Origin: Alphaproteobacteria bacterium
GTDB lineage: Bacteria > Pseudomonadota > Alphaproteobacteria > Rhodobacterales > Rhodobacteraceae
Reading direction: 5' to 3'
DNA length: 64,000 nt
NCBI GenBank assembly: GCA_030425145.1
Contig: JAUHVK010000010.1
Coordinates: 21,362-85,361, forward strand
Positions 42,940-52,034 of the stretch are shown piece by piece. Each line of letters starts with the position of its first letter. The first letter of the stretch is position 1. The notes beneath the pieces are model-generated. The model saw only the letters and a list, made by a program, of their open reading frames with translations. It was not told the origin of the DNA and searched no databases. The position numbers and the translations under genes were made by a program.

Positions 42940-44073
42940 ATGCCGAAGCAACAGCCATTGACCGGAATTCGAGTTGTCGAGGTCGAAGGCATCGGCCCCG
43001 GCCCGTTCGCGGCGATGATGCTGGCCGATCTCGGGGCAGACGTGATTGTCGTGCACCGCCCTCGCTCCGGTCCCGTGGTCGGACTGAAAGACCGTCCGGT
43101 CACCGATCGGGGCAAGCGGTCTCTCGTGCTGGACCTGAAATCAGAAGCAGACCGATCCGTGTTTCTTGATCTCGTCTCCAATGCCGACGGTCTGATCGAA
43201 GGCTTCCGCCCCGGCGTCATGGAGCGGCTGGGGCTTGGTCCGGACATCTGTCATGCGGCCAACCCCCGTTTGGTCTACGGACGCATGACAGGTTGGGGGC
43301 AGGATGGTCCGCTGGCGGAACGTGCGGGGCATGACCTGAACTACATCGCAATGTCCGGTGCGCTTTGGCCTTCGGCGCTGGAAGGCGATCGTCCCACCGT
43401 GCCTCCCACACTGGTCGGCGACATCGGTGGCGGCGCGCTTTATCTAGTGGCCGGGATGCTGTCAGGGATCATCGCCGCAGGGCGCACCGGGAAAGGCACA
43501 GTGGTTGATGCGGCGATCTATGACGGCGCAGCGCATATGCAAAACCTGCTCATGTCGATTGCAGGGGTGGTCGAGGATGGTCCTTCCGCGCAAGCGAACC
43601 CGCTGGTCGGCGCCCATTGGTCGCGGACGTACCGTTGCGCCGATGGTGCTTTCATCAGCGTGCAGTGCCTCGAGCCGAAATTCTACGCTATCTTCCTCGA
43701 AAAGCTGGGACTGGCGGCAGACGCAGACTTCGTCGAGCACCAATTCGACCGTGATGCATGGCCCCGGTTGTCAGAACGCTTGGTGCATATCTTTGCTGCG
43801 CATGACAGGGCGCATTGGGAACAACTGTTCAATGGCAGCGATGCCTGCGTTGCACCGGTTCTGTCCCCGCGAGAAGCCTTTGCGCACCCGCAGAACACAG
43901 CGCGGCAGACATGGCATGAGATTGATGGCAGCCTGCAAGCCGCCGCCGCCCCGCGCTTTGACGGTCAACCTCCAGCCTCGTCTGCCGAAATCCGGGCGAG
44001 AGGGCAGGATACTGGTGCGATCCTTGCCGCGTTGTCCAATCACGCCGGATGGCCCGGTCGCGATGGTCCCTAA
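42940..44073 (+). CDS. CoA-transferase family III protein (CaiB/BaiF / alpha-methylacyl-CoA racemase-like)
   Basis: The N-terminal segment is LTGIRVVEVEGIGPGPFAAMMLADLGADV. Length is 377 aa. Confidence 0.85.
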   Translation: MPKQQPLTGIRVVEVEGIGPGPFAAMMLADLGADVIVVHRPRSGPVVGLKDRPVTDRGKRSLVLDLKSEADRSVFLDLVSNADGLIEGFRPGVMERLGLGPDICHAANPRLVYGRMTGWGQDGPLAERAGHDLNYIAMSGALWPSALEGDRPTVPPTLVGDIGGGALYLVAGMLSGIIAAGRTGKGTVVDAAIYDGAAHMQNLLMSIAGVVEDGPSAQANPLVGAHWSRTYRCADGAFISVQCLEPKFYAIFLEKLGLAADADFVEHQFDRDAWPRLSERLVHIFAAHDRAHWEQLFNGSDACVAPVLSPREAFAHPQNTARQTWHEIDGSLQAAAAPRFDGQPPASSAEIRARGQDTGAILAALSNHAGWPGRDGP

Positions 44074-44922
44074 TCAGGCGAGGGATTCGCGCGATTCTTC
44101 CAGATAATCCGGAAAGGCGCGGGCGGTGATCTGGGCCTGCCGCACGAGATTGTCGAAATGGTCGGCAAACGCTCGCACCCGCTGCGTGTCGCGGAAGGCT
44201 AGGTAGTTGCTGCCGATATAGATCACCGCCAGCAATGGGCCGAATACGGTGATCGGGGCAGAATAGACCTGCCGCGCGTCGAAGAGGTAGACACGCATTC
44301 TCGGATAGAGTGATTTCGTGAGATCGAGCCAGTGGTCGATCTGTTGCTTGCGCGCGTCCAGTGCGAGGTTGGCGTAATAGCCCGTGCCATCGACAAAACT
44401 CTGCACCTCGTAGAGTGGCATGGCGATTTCGTAATCCGAGGCCGACTGCCGCATCCAGGCCAATCGGTTTGCCGATGCAGTGATCGCTTGCGATGCGGTG
44501 CGTCCGAGATGTGGGCCATATTCCCACGTCAGAACTTCGTTGGTCTTGAGCATGTCCGGCAGCGAGGCGGGAACATAGCGGATCTTGTAGCCTTCCGCCT
44601 CGCGGTGCCAGTCGAAAATCTGTTGGTCTACCAAGGCACGTGGCGCATTGGTGAGTGTCAGCGCATTGGCCAGAAGATCAGTTGCGTTTTCGGGATGCTC
44701 CGACAGGCCTAGAAGCCAATCCGCAGACACGCCAAGCGCGCTGGCACAGGCACCTACCACATGCGCGTTGGGCAACCGCGCAGCATCATCGCGCAATAGC
44801 TGCGAAATCGTGGAGCGGTCGATCCCGGTGCGCCGTGCCAGTTCGCTTTGGTTCGTACCGACACGTCTGATCGCAATCAGCAGGCGGGTGCGGAACAGAT
44901 CGGCCCGTTGCAATTTGTTCAT
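44074..44922 (-). CDS. XRE-family HTH transcriptional regulator with a C-terminal domain of about 210 aa of unknown type
   Basis: The helix-turn-helix segment is NQSELARRTGIDRSTISQLL. It is divergent from the desaturase gene. Confidence 0.7.
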   Translation of the reverse strand: MNKLQRADLFRTRLLIAIRRVGTNQSELARRTGIDRSTISQLLRDDAARLPNAHVVGACASALGVSADWLLGLSEHPENATDLLANALTLTNAPRALVDQQIFDWHREAEGYKIRYVPASLPDMLKTNEVLTWEYGPHLGRTASQAITASANRLAWMRQSASDYEIAMPLYEVQSFVDGTGYYANLALDARKQQIDHWLDLTKSLYPRMRVYLFDARQVYSAPITVFGPLLAVIYIGSNYLAFRDTQRVRAFADHFDNLVRQAQITARAFPDYLEESRESLA

Positions 44923-45044
44923 GTGATATAATCCATCAATTTGTGACAAAAATCACAGAGCTGGATAATTGTGCACTGTTGTCAGAATTCTGCAAGCCGG
45001 TCGACAAGATTATAGTGGCCGTTGGGAACTTACGGGGTCACTTG

Positions 45045-45977
45045 ATGACGGATTTGCCTATGCCGAGATCGGCAGAGCTTCGGCGTGCTGCCGAATGGCC
45101 GACGCTGGCGATGCTGGGTCTAACCTATGGTATTTGGGCGATCGCGACCGTCTGGCTGGCAGATTTGTCGCTCACGCTCGCAATCATCCTGAGCACATGG
45201 GCGGCGGCTCAACATTCGTCGCTGACCCACGAAGCACTGCATGGGCATCCGACGCGAAACAACATTGTGAACGCGGCGCTGGTGTTTCCAGCGCTCAGCC
45301 TTGTGGTGCCGTACATGCGATTTCGGGACACCCATCTAGCGCATCATCAGGATGAAAACCTGACCGATCCCTATGACGATCCGGAAACCAATTACCTTGA
45401 TCCTGCGGTCTGGTCCCGGCTGCCCGCATGGCGCAAGCTGCTCTATCGCGCTAACAATACACTTGCTGGGCGTCTGACACTCGGACCGATCATAGGGCTA
45501 TCGTCATTCATGGCCGCTGATTGGAAAGAGATCAGAGGCGGAAACACCCGGGTACTCAACGGCTGGCTCTTGCACATCCCCGCTGCAGCTTGCGTGATCT
45601 GGTGGATGGTGTCAGTGGCACAGATGCCGATCTGGGCATGGTTGGTGTCGGTCTACCTCTCGCTGTCACTTCTCAAACTGCGCACCTTTCTTGAGCACCG
45701 CGCCCATGACAGGACGTCCGCCCGCACCGCAATTGTCGAAGATCGTGGTTTGTTCGGGCTGTTGTTCCTGCACAACAACCTGCATGTGGTTCATCACATG
45801 CATCCGGGCGTGCCGTGGTACGCGCTGCCGGATCTCTATCGCGCACGAAAGGCGCAATACCTATCGTCGAACCAAGGGTATCGCTACGCAACCTATGCCG
45901 ACGTGGCTCGCAAGTATCTGTTTCGTGCAAAAGATCCGGTTCCGCATCCGCTTTACCAGGATGGACAAGACCGCTGA
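45045..45977 (+). CDS. Membrane fatty-acid desaturase family protein
   Basis: Three His boxes are present: HEALHGH, HLAHH and HVVHH. Confidence 0.8.
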   Translation: MTDLPMPRSAELRRAAEWPTLAMLGLTYGIWAIATVWLADLSLTLAIILSTWAAAQHSSLTHEALHGHPTRNNIVNAALVFPALSLVVPYMRFRDTHLAHHQDENLTDPYDDPETNYLDPAVWSRLPAWRKLLYRANNTLAGRLTLGPIIGLSSFMAADWKEIRGGNTRVLNGWLLHIPAAACVIWWMVSVAQMPIWAWLVSVYLSLSLLKLRTFLEHRAHDRTSARTAIVEDRGLFGLLFLHNNLHVVHHMHPGVPWYALPDLYRARKAQYLSSNQGYRYATYADVARKYLFRAKDPVPHPLYQDGQDR

Positions 45978-45996
45978 CCTGACGCCATAGAGGCGC

Positions 45997-46899
45997 ATGG
46001 AATTCTGGATATTCGCCAGTATTGCGGCAGCCCTGTTTCAGACCGTCCGCTTCATGCTGCAAAAAGTGTTGAGCATGGATGTGTTGAGCACGGCGGGGTC
46101 GACCTTTGCCCGCTTCGCATACGCGGCTCCGGCTGCGTTTCTGGTGACGGTCGTTTACCTGTGGGGCATCGACACGCCGGTGCCTGCCTTGGGCGGCTGG
46201 TTCTGGTTCTATGCGTGGCTTGGGGGCATTTCCCAAATTCTGGCGACGGTCTGTGTTGTGGCGCTGTTCCGTCAACGCAATTTTGCCGTCGGCATCACCT
46301 TCAAGAAAACCGAGGTCATTCAGACTGCTATCGTCGGCGTTGCGCTCTTCGGCGCGGATGTGTCGCTTGCCGGGTGGGGTGCCATCCTGATCGGACTGGT
46401 GGGGGTGTTGCTGCTGTCCCGCACGCCGGGTCTGGACCAAGGGCTGTGGAGCAGCCTGACCAGTCGTGCTACGGGTCTTGGACTGACCTCGGGGTTTTTC
46501 TTTGCTTTCTCCGGCACCAGCTACCGCGCGGCCTCGCTCCAGATCGACAGCGACGATGCGTTGCTGCGGGCCGCGGTCACGCTGACCTGTGTCACGGCTT
46601 CGCAATTCATTGGGATGGCGCTCTGGCTGCGCTGGCGCGAACCGGGCCAAGTCACCGCCGTGTGGCGCGCGCGCAAGGTGGCGGTTTGGGTTGGGCTGAC
46701 CTCTATGGCAGGCTCAATGGGGTGGTTCACTGCCTTCACGTTGCAAACCGCTGCCTACGTACAGGCGGTCGGGCAGATCGAACTGATCTTTTCGCTGATG
46801 GCTTCTGTTCTTTTCTTCAGGGAAAAGATCACGGCGCGGGAATTGATCGGGATCGGCTTTCTGGCTCTGTCGATCCTGACCTTCATCCTTGTGATCTAG
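45997..46899 (+). CDS. DMT (EamA-like) family transporter
   Basis: It has about 10 TM helices and is 300 aa. Confidence 0.7.
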   Translation: MEFWIFASIAAALFQTVRFMLQKVLSMDVLSTAGSTFARFAYAAPAAFLVTVVYLWGIDTPVPALGGWFWFYAWLGGISQILATVCVVALFRQRNFAVGITFKKTEVIQTAIVGVALFGADVSLAGWGAILIGLVGVLLLSRTPGLDQGLWSSLTSRATGLGLTSGFFFAFSGTSYRAASLQIDSDDALLRAAVTLTCVTASQFIGMALWLRWREPGQVTAVWRARKVAVWVGLTSMAGSMGWFTAFTLQTAAYVQAVGQIELIFSLMASVLFFREKITARELIGIGFLALSILTFILVI

Positions 46900-47600
46900 T
46901 CTGGCATCGGTCGGCCATGCAGCCGAAGGAACAGGCTTTCTTCATCATCATTCCGAAAAAACGGAACAGAGTCGGGCGGGCGCGGGTCGGCAGCGCGGGC
47001 GGCGACTTCGGCAAGAACCACTTCGGTGATGAAAGGCAAATCAAAGCTGCGCACCTTGTCCAGCGCGATCCATTGCAGATGCGCCAGCTCGTCTGAGGCT
47101 GCCGAGAAATCATCTGGGTCGCTGACAAGATCGTCAGCGTCCAACAGAAAGAACCGCGCGTCAAACCGGCGCGGACGCCCCGGTGGGGTGATGGCGCGAA
47201 ATACGAATTGCAGCGGGGACGCGCTGGGCCTGTGACCGGTCGCAGCAAAGTCGCGCCAGTTGTCGGGTGCGGTGTCCCATGCACCCGGCCGACCGAGGAT
47301 CTGACCGGTCTCTTCCCACAGTTCGCGGATTGCTGCTCCGGCAAGGGCTGCTGCACGGTCGGCCGGAACGCCATCGGTCAATCGGCTCTCGCAGAGGGGC
47401 GACAGGGGTTCGGCAAAAGACACGTGGGCATCATCCGGGTCGACCGCGCCGCCGGGGAATACAAACTTGTTGGGCATGAACGCCGCGTTCGCCCCCCGCT
47501 GCCCCATTAGGACACTGGGTTCGTGATTGCGGTCACGCAGTACGATCACCGTTGATGCATCACGGATTGCTGTTTTGTCGATTGTTCCCGTTTCCGCCAC
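46896..47600 (-). CDS. NUDIX hydrolase
   Basis: The Nudix box is GGAVDPDD...AAIRELWEETG. The start is GTG. Confidence 0.8.
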   Translation of the reverse strand: MAETGTIDKTAIRDASTVIVLRDRNHEPSVLMGQRGANAAFMPNKFVFPGGAVDPDDAHVSFAEPLSPLCESRLTDGVPADRAAALAGAAIRELWEETGQILGRPGAWDTAPDNWRDFAATGHRPSASPLQFVFRAITPPGRPRRFDARFFLLDADDLVSDPDDFSAASDELAHLQWIALDKVRSFDLPFITEVVLAEVAARAADPRPPDSVPFFRNDDEESLFLRLHGRPMPD

Positions 47601-47627
47601 GCAAGCTCCCTTCCTGTTCAGAAAGGG

Positions 47628-48023
47628 TCAGGTTGCAGTGTTTGCGAACCCGTGCATGTGCCGTGACCACTGAAACGCCACGATCGCCCCTTTCAATCTC
47701 GGCAGAAGGTAAAGCGTCAGCGCGACGCAGCCAACCGCGAAGATTGTGAACAGCACAAGCGGTTCAGGACGGAAATTGACAAACACGATATGCAACAGCG
47801 GCGCCATCAGGTGACCGACAATCAGAATGGTCAGATAGGCCGGGCCATCATCGGCGCGGTGATGATGCAGTTCTTCACGGCACACCGGACAGGTGTCGCG
47901 TACCTTGAGATAACCACTCAGCAAAGGGCCACTGCCGCAATTCGGGCATTTGCGCTGCCAGCCTTTGCGCAGCGCCGGCCATGTCGGACGGTCGTCCTGC
48001 TTGGTCATTTGTGATGTCGTCAT
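47628..48023 (-). CDS. DUF983-family zinc-ribbon membrane protein
   Basis: It is 131 aa from MTTSQMTK. It has CPNCGSG...CPVC followed by two TM helices. Confidence 0.7.
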   Translation of the reverse strand: MTTSQMTKQDDRPTWPALRKGWQRKCPNCGSGPLLSGYLKVRDTCPVCREELHHHRADDGPAYLTILIVGHLMAPLLHIVFVNFRPEPLVLFTIFAVGCVALTLYLLPRLKGAIVAFQWSRHMHGFANTAT

Positions 48024-48256
48024 GTTCGCTCTCCCGCGTGTAAGATGGCGGCGACTGTTAGCGATGAACAGTGACCAAACTGTCCTTGCGGCTGGATGTC
48101 GCAAATCACGGACCTGTGATGAGTTTTTGCGAAATTCGGCGACGGGAATGTCTGCCTGCCCCGTGAAACGCAGTGGATGCCAGAACGACAGGGTGTCGAT
48201 CTGGCCCGGTGTTGAAAGGATCCGGCAAACAGACCGGACATGGAAAGGAAAAAACG

Positions 48257-48754
48257 ATGACCATGAACAAGCAGGTTTCCGCACTCGTGATTGCAGCCCT
48301 TTTGGCGACGACAGCCGGGGTGGCCTTTGCCCAGGACGCAACCTCCCGAGAAGAACGTCGTGCCGAGATGTTTGCCGAGCTTGACACAAACGGCGATGGC
48401 ACAATTTCTGCCGACGAATTTGCGGCTGGCGCAAATCGTTTCGCCCGTGCTGACACCAATGGCGACGGGCTGTTGACCGCCGAGGAACTCGCCGCTGCTG
48501 GCGAAGAGCGCGCGGCACAACGGGCCGAACGCATGATCGCTCGGCTTGACCAGAACGGCGATGGCGCCCTGTCCGAGGACGAAATCACCTCCCGCCGTGA
48601 TCCATCGCGCATGTTTGATCGGCTGGATGCCAATGACGATGGCGCGGTGAGTGCCGAGGAATTCGCCGATGCCCGCATGGGTGGACATGGTGGAAAGAAG
48701 GGTGGCCGTCACGACGGTGGTTTTGGCGGCAAGCGGCACGGTGGTGATCGCTGA
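48257..48754 (+). CDS. Secreted EF-hand calcium-binding protein (4 loops) with Gly/His/Lys-rich tail
   Basis: The signal peptide is MTMNKQVSALVIAALLATTAGVAFAQ. The loops are DTNGDGTIS, DTNGDGLLT, DQNGDGALS and DANDDGAVS. The tail is MGGHGGKKGGRHDGGFGGKRHGGDR. Confidence 0.75.
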   Translation: MTMNKQVSALVIAALLATTAGVAFAQDATSREERRAEMFAELDTNGDGTISADEFAAGANRFARADTNGDGLLTAEELAAAGEERAAQRAERMIARLDQNGDGALSEDEITSRRDPSRMFDRLDANDDGAVSAEEFADARMGGHGGKKGGRHDGGFGGKRHGGDR

Positions 48755-48764
48755 GACGCGATAT

Positions 48765-48799
48765 GGCCATGAGCGATGTGTGCATTGCTCATGGCCTTT
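48765..48799 (+). terminator. Hairpin terminator after the EF-hand gene
   Basis: The stem is GGCCATGAGC / GCTCATGGCC (10 bp) with a 12-nt loop, followed by TTT. Confidence 0.5.
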
Positions 48800-48833
48800 G
48801 ATAGGCTGACCCGGAAACCAGACATACGGCAGC

Positions 48834-49433
48834 ATGACCCAAAGCCAGACCGATCCTGCTGCGGAAGCGGCATTGCTTGAGGCCTATGCCGCCGGGGATG
48901 CCGATGCGGCCCGTGAGCTTGCGACGCGCTACACGCCGTTGGTCTATGCGCATGCCTACCGGATGCTCAATGACCGGGCCGAAGCCGAAGATGTCGCCCA
49001 AGACGCGATGCTGAGGCTATGGCGCCATGCTCCGGGATGGGACAGCGCCGGGGGCGCATCGGTTCGAACCTGGCTCTATCGGGTGACAGCCAACCTCTGC
49101 ATCGACCGGCTGCGAAAAACGCGGCCCGATGCGATGCCGGAGGAGCTGGAATTTGCAGATGACGGGCCGGGCGCCGAAGCCCAGTTGCAGGCGCAGGCCC
49201 GGAAAATGGCGTTGGAAGACGCTCTGATGCAGCTTCCCGACCGCCAGAGACAGGCCGTCGTACTGCGACATATCGAGGGTCTGGGCAACACCGAGATTGC
49301 CCAGATCATGGACATTGGGCCACGCGCGGTTGAAAGTCTGACCGCACGCGGCAAACGGGCACTGACCGCGCTTCTTAGCGGTCAGCGCAAAGGCTTGGGG
49401 TACACAGATGACACAGTCGAAACCTCCTATTGA
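48834..49433 (+). CDS. ECF-type RNA polymerase sigma factor
   Basis: The region 2 segment is DVAQDAMLRLWRH. The region 4 helix-turn-helix segment is GNTEIAQIMDIGPRAVESLTARGKRAL. Length is 199 aa. Confidence 0.85.
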   Translation: MTQSQTDPAAEAALLEAYAAGDADAARELATRYTPLVYAHAYRMLNDRAEAEDVAQDAMLRLWRHAPGWDSAGGASVRTWLYRVTANLCIDRLRKTRPDAMPEELEFADDGPGAEAQLQAQARKMALEDALMQLPDRQRQAVVLRHIEGLGNTEIAQIMDIGPRAVESLTARGKRALTALLSGQRKGLGYTDDTVETSY

Positions 49434-49749
49434 TGATCCGCTGGAGGCGGCCTTTGCCGAAGCGCGTCAGACGCTGCCACCGCTGCCGGATGGTTTGCTG
49501 TCACGCGTTATGGCGGACGCCGAAGCGCAGTTGCCCGTGCCCGACCGACAACCGTTCTGGAAACAGGTTGTCGGCACGTTTGGCGGCTGGCCAGCCATGG
49601 CTGGTCTAGCGATGACAGCCTGTGTCGGTGTCTGGGCCGGAGGCGCGCTGACCGACGATCTGATGTTGGCTTTGTCACCAGTCGATTCTGCGACGCTTGA
49701 TATCGGGGCCGGACTTGGGGCCTTTGATATGCTTTTGGTGGATGGCTGA
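49408..49749 (+). CDS. Putative anti-sigma factor (single-pass membrane protein)
   Basis: It overlaps the sigma gene by 26 nt. It is 113 aa with one TM helix (WPAMAGLAMTACVGVWAGGAL). The call rests on position only. Confidence 0.45.
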   Translation: MTQSKPPIDDPLEAAFAEARQTLPPLPDGLLSRVMADAEAQLPVPDRQPFWKQVVGTFGGWPAMAGLAMTACVGVWAGGALTDDLMLALSPVDSATLDIGAGLGAFDMLLVDG

Positions 49750-49750
49750 C

Positions 49751-50233
49751 ATGGTTGAGAATGCGAAACCAAAAACGGCGCTTTGGATGCGCGTGACGCT
49801 GTTCATTTCCGTTGCGATGAACCTTCTTGTTGTGGGCGCTGTCGCCGGCTTTTTCGTCACCGGAGGGCCGGACAAGCGGTATGACCGCACGCGCACGGAT
49901 ATGGGGACGCTGTTCATGCGGGCGTTGGGCGATGAGGACCGCCGTGCGCTGCGTCGAGATTTCGAAGCAGGGTTGCAGCGCGATGGGCGAGAGCGCGGGG
50001 CGTTTCTGACAGAGTTTGAAGCCACGCTGGAGATCCTGCGCGCGACCCCGTTTGACCGCGATGCATTCCTTGCTTCGGTTGCCGACCAGTCTCGAGGTCG
50101 GGCAGAACGTGAAGAAATGGGTCGCGAAGTTCTGGTCAGCCGGATTGCAGCCATGACCGACGCTGAGCGCGCAGCCTATGCCGACCGGATCGAAAAGCGT
50201 GTGCGTGAGATCGCGAACCGAATCCGTCGCTGA
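49751..50233 (+). CDS. Membrane-anchored periplasmic helical protein (Spy/CpxP/ZraP-like 'heavy metal sensor' type)
   Basis: It has an N-terminal TM helix followed by an Arg/Glu-rich helical region. The start lies 1 nt after the putative anti-sigma stop. Confidence 0.45.
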   Translation: MVENAKPKTALWMRVTLFISVAMNLLVVGAVAGFFVTGGPDKRYDRTRTDMGTLFMRALGDEDRRALRRDFEAGLQRDGRERGAFLTEFEATLEILRATPFDRDAFLASVADQSRGRAEREEMGREVLVSRIAAMTDAERAAYADRIEKRVREIANRIRR

Positions 50234-50254
50234 GACACAAGCGGCGCTAATCCG

Positions 50255-51658
50255 CTAGGAATCGGACCGCACGTTCCCGACACGTCGCCCATGTGGGCTG
50301 GCGGGTGGGGCTATTTCGATCCGGTTGCGGCCATGTCGTTTCGCTGAATAAAGCGCGTTGTCTGCAGCACGTCGCAAATCCGTCGTCGACAGCCGATCAC
50401 TGCGATGCGCTACGGCAACGCCAACGCTGATCGTCGCCCTCACATGCGTTCCGGCATTCAGCGCAATCGGGTTTTCCGCAACCGCGTCTCGCAATCTTTG
50501 CGCAACCCTGCGCGATTGGCTCTCTGAGACATTCGGCAACACGATCAGAAATTCTTCTCCGCCGTACCGTGCGATGAAATCCCCGTCGCGGAGGCTCGAT
50601 TTCAGGGTCTGCGCCAATTGCGCAAGGATCACATCGCCCGCCGCGTGGCCGTGATTGTCATTGATCGCCTTGAAGTGATCGATGTCGGCAATCATCACCG
50701 CAACCGCCCGTGGCTGATTGCACAGTGCGCGGTCCATCCGAACAAGGTATTCGTCCATCGCCGTGCGATTGCTCAATCCGGTCAGGGCGTCCACATAGGC
50801 TTTCTGAGCCAGCTCGTTCGTTTCCTTTCGCCTGCGATCCGCATCACGTTTTTTGCGCGCGAGCCTGGCGATCCTCATGCTCAGTTCTGTCGGGCTGATA
50901 GTTGTCGGAACTTGGTCATCCGCCCCAAGATCCAGCGGAGACGCTGACTGAGATATACAATCGGTAACGAATAGAATGCGGCTGTCGCGACCGTCGGGAT
51001 GGTTGCGCAATGCGACCAGTGTATCACGGATACTGTCGTTCGGCTGATCTTCGAGCAGGATAAAGACGTCGCATTCCGCATCCGGTTCCCGCCGCGCGAC
51101 GAGTGGAGATGTCAGTCTGAATTCGATTCCAGTGTCCCTTGAGGCGCACCTGAGAAGTTCGTGGAAATTGTCCCCCGGATCATGGGCAACAAAACTCGCG
51201 ATGGTTTTCGGCGCAAATTCGGGAATTGCTTCTGCAAGACCAACTGCCTCGTGAGACCGCGCCTGTCGCGGAGCTCCGTTGGAAGGGGGGGCGGACCGCA
51301 TGAAGCTGCGGACACGCGCCTTCAGATCAGATGCATCGGCGTTTACGTCGATGACGTCATGGGCCCCGTCGACAAGGGCACTGACCCGTGCCGACTGGTT
51401 TTCGGTTTGAACCGCCACCACCACCGTTGTGAATTGGGTTTGCGTCTTGTTGCGCAGCAGCTTGCAGAATTGGCGCAGGCGCAAACCGGGCAGGTCGTCT
51501 GCGATGATCACCACATCCGGCGAGTCTCTTCGAATGATCGCCAATCCTTCGGCTTGGGTTTCGGCAAGGTCGACAGGATACGCGGACGTATCGAGCTGCG
51601 CGCGCAAATGGATGCGGCGATTGCTCATGGCGTCGATGATCAGAACGGACCTTGGCAC
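50255..51658 (-). CDS. PleD-like diguanylate cyclase (two receiver-like domains plus GGDEF)
   Basis: The active site is RYGGEEF and an RxxD I-site (RDGD) lies 5 residues upstream. There are two N-terminal CheY-like modules. Confidence 0.8.
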   Translation of the reverse strand: MPRSVLIIDAMSNRRIHLRAQLDTSAYPVDLAETQAEGLAIIRRDSPDVVIIADDLPGLRLRQFCKLLRNKTQTQFTTVVVAVQTENQSARVSALVDGAHDVIDVNADASDLKARVRSFMRSAPPSNGAPRQARSHEAVGLAEAIPEFAPKTIASFVAHDPGDNFHELLRCASRDTGIEFRLTSPLVARREPDAECDVFILLEDQPNDSIRDTLVALRNHPDGRDSRILFVTDCISQSASPLDLGADDQVPTTISPTELSMRIARLARKKRDADRRRKETNELAQKAYVDALTGLSNRTAMDEYLVRMDRALCNQPRAVAVMIADIDHFKAINDNHGHAAGDVILAQLAQTLKSSLRDGDFIARYGGEEFLIVLPNVSESQSRRVAQRLRDAVAENPIALNAGTHVRATISVGVAVAHRSDRLSTTDLRRAADNALYSAKRHGRNRIEIAPPASPHGRRVGNVRSDS

Positions 51659-51749
51659 GGCGGCTCCGGGGTGGTGGCATGCGTTAAGACTTTGCTCACC
51701 AATTCATTGCGGCTATTTGGTTAAAAAAGCGTTTGGGAAATAACTAAAA

Positions 51750-52034
51750 ATGACGATTTCACAGGACGGGGCCGAGCAGCTCGCGATCAAAGCCATCGTC
51801 TGGCTTGCCGGAAACGATGAACTTCTGCCGGTCTTCATGGGGTCGACCGGAGCAGACGAAAGCGCTTTTCGTGAAGGCGTGTCGAAGCCGGAATTTCAGG
51901 CCTCCGTGCTTGATTTCATCATGATGGACGACGCTTGGGTCATTGCCTTCTGCGATAATGAAGGCATTCCCTATGATCGCCTCCTGCAAGCCCGCGCCGC
52001 CCTGCCGGGTGGACAGTCGCTGCACTGGACATGA
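51750..52034 (+). CDS. DUF3572-family small protein
   Basis: It is 94 aa. The family-like N-terminus is AEQLAIKAIVWLAGNDELLPVFMGSTG. Confidence 0.6.
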   Translation: MTISQDGAEQLAIKAIVWLAGNDELLPVFMGSTGADESAFREGVSKPEFQASVLDFIMMDDAWVIAFCDNEGIPYDRLLQARAALPGGQSLHWT

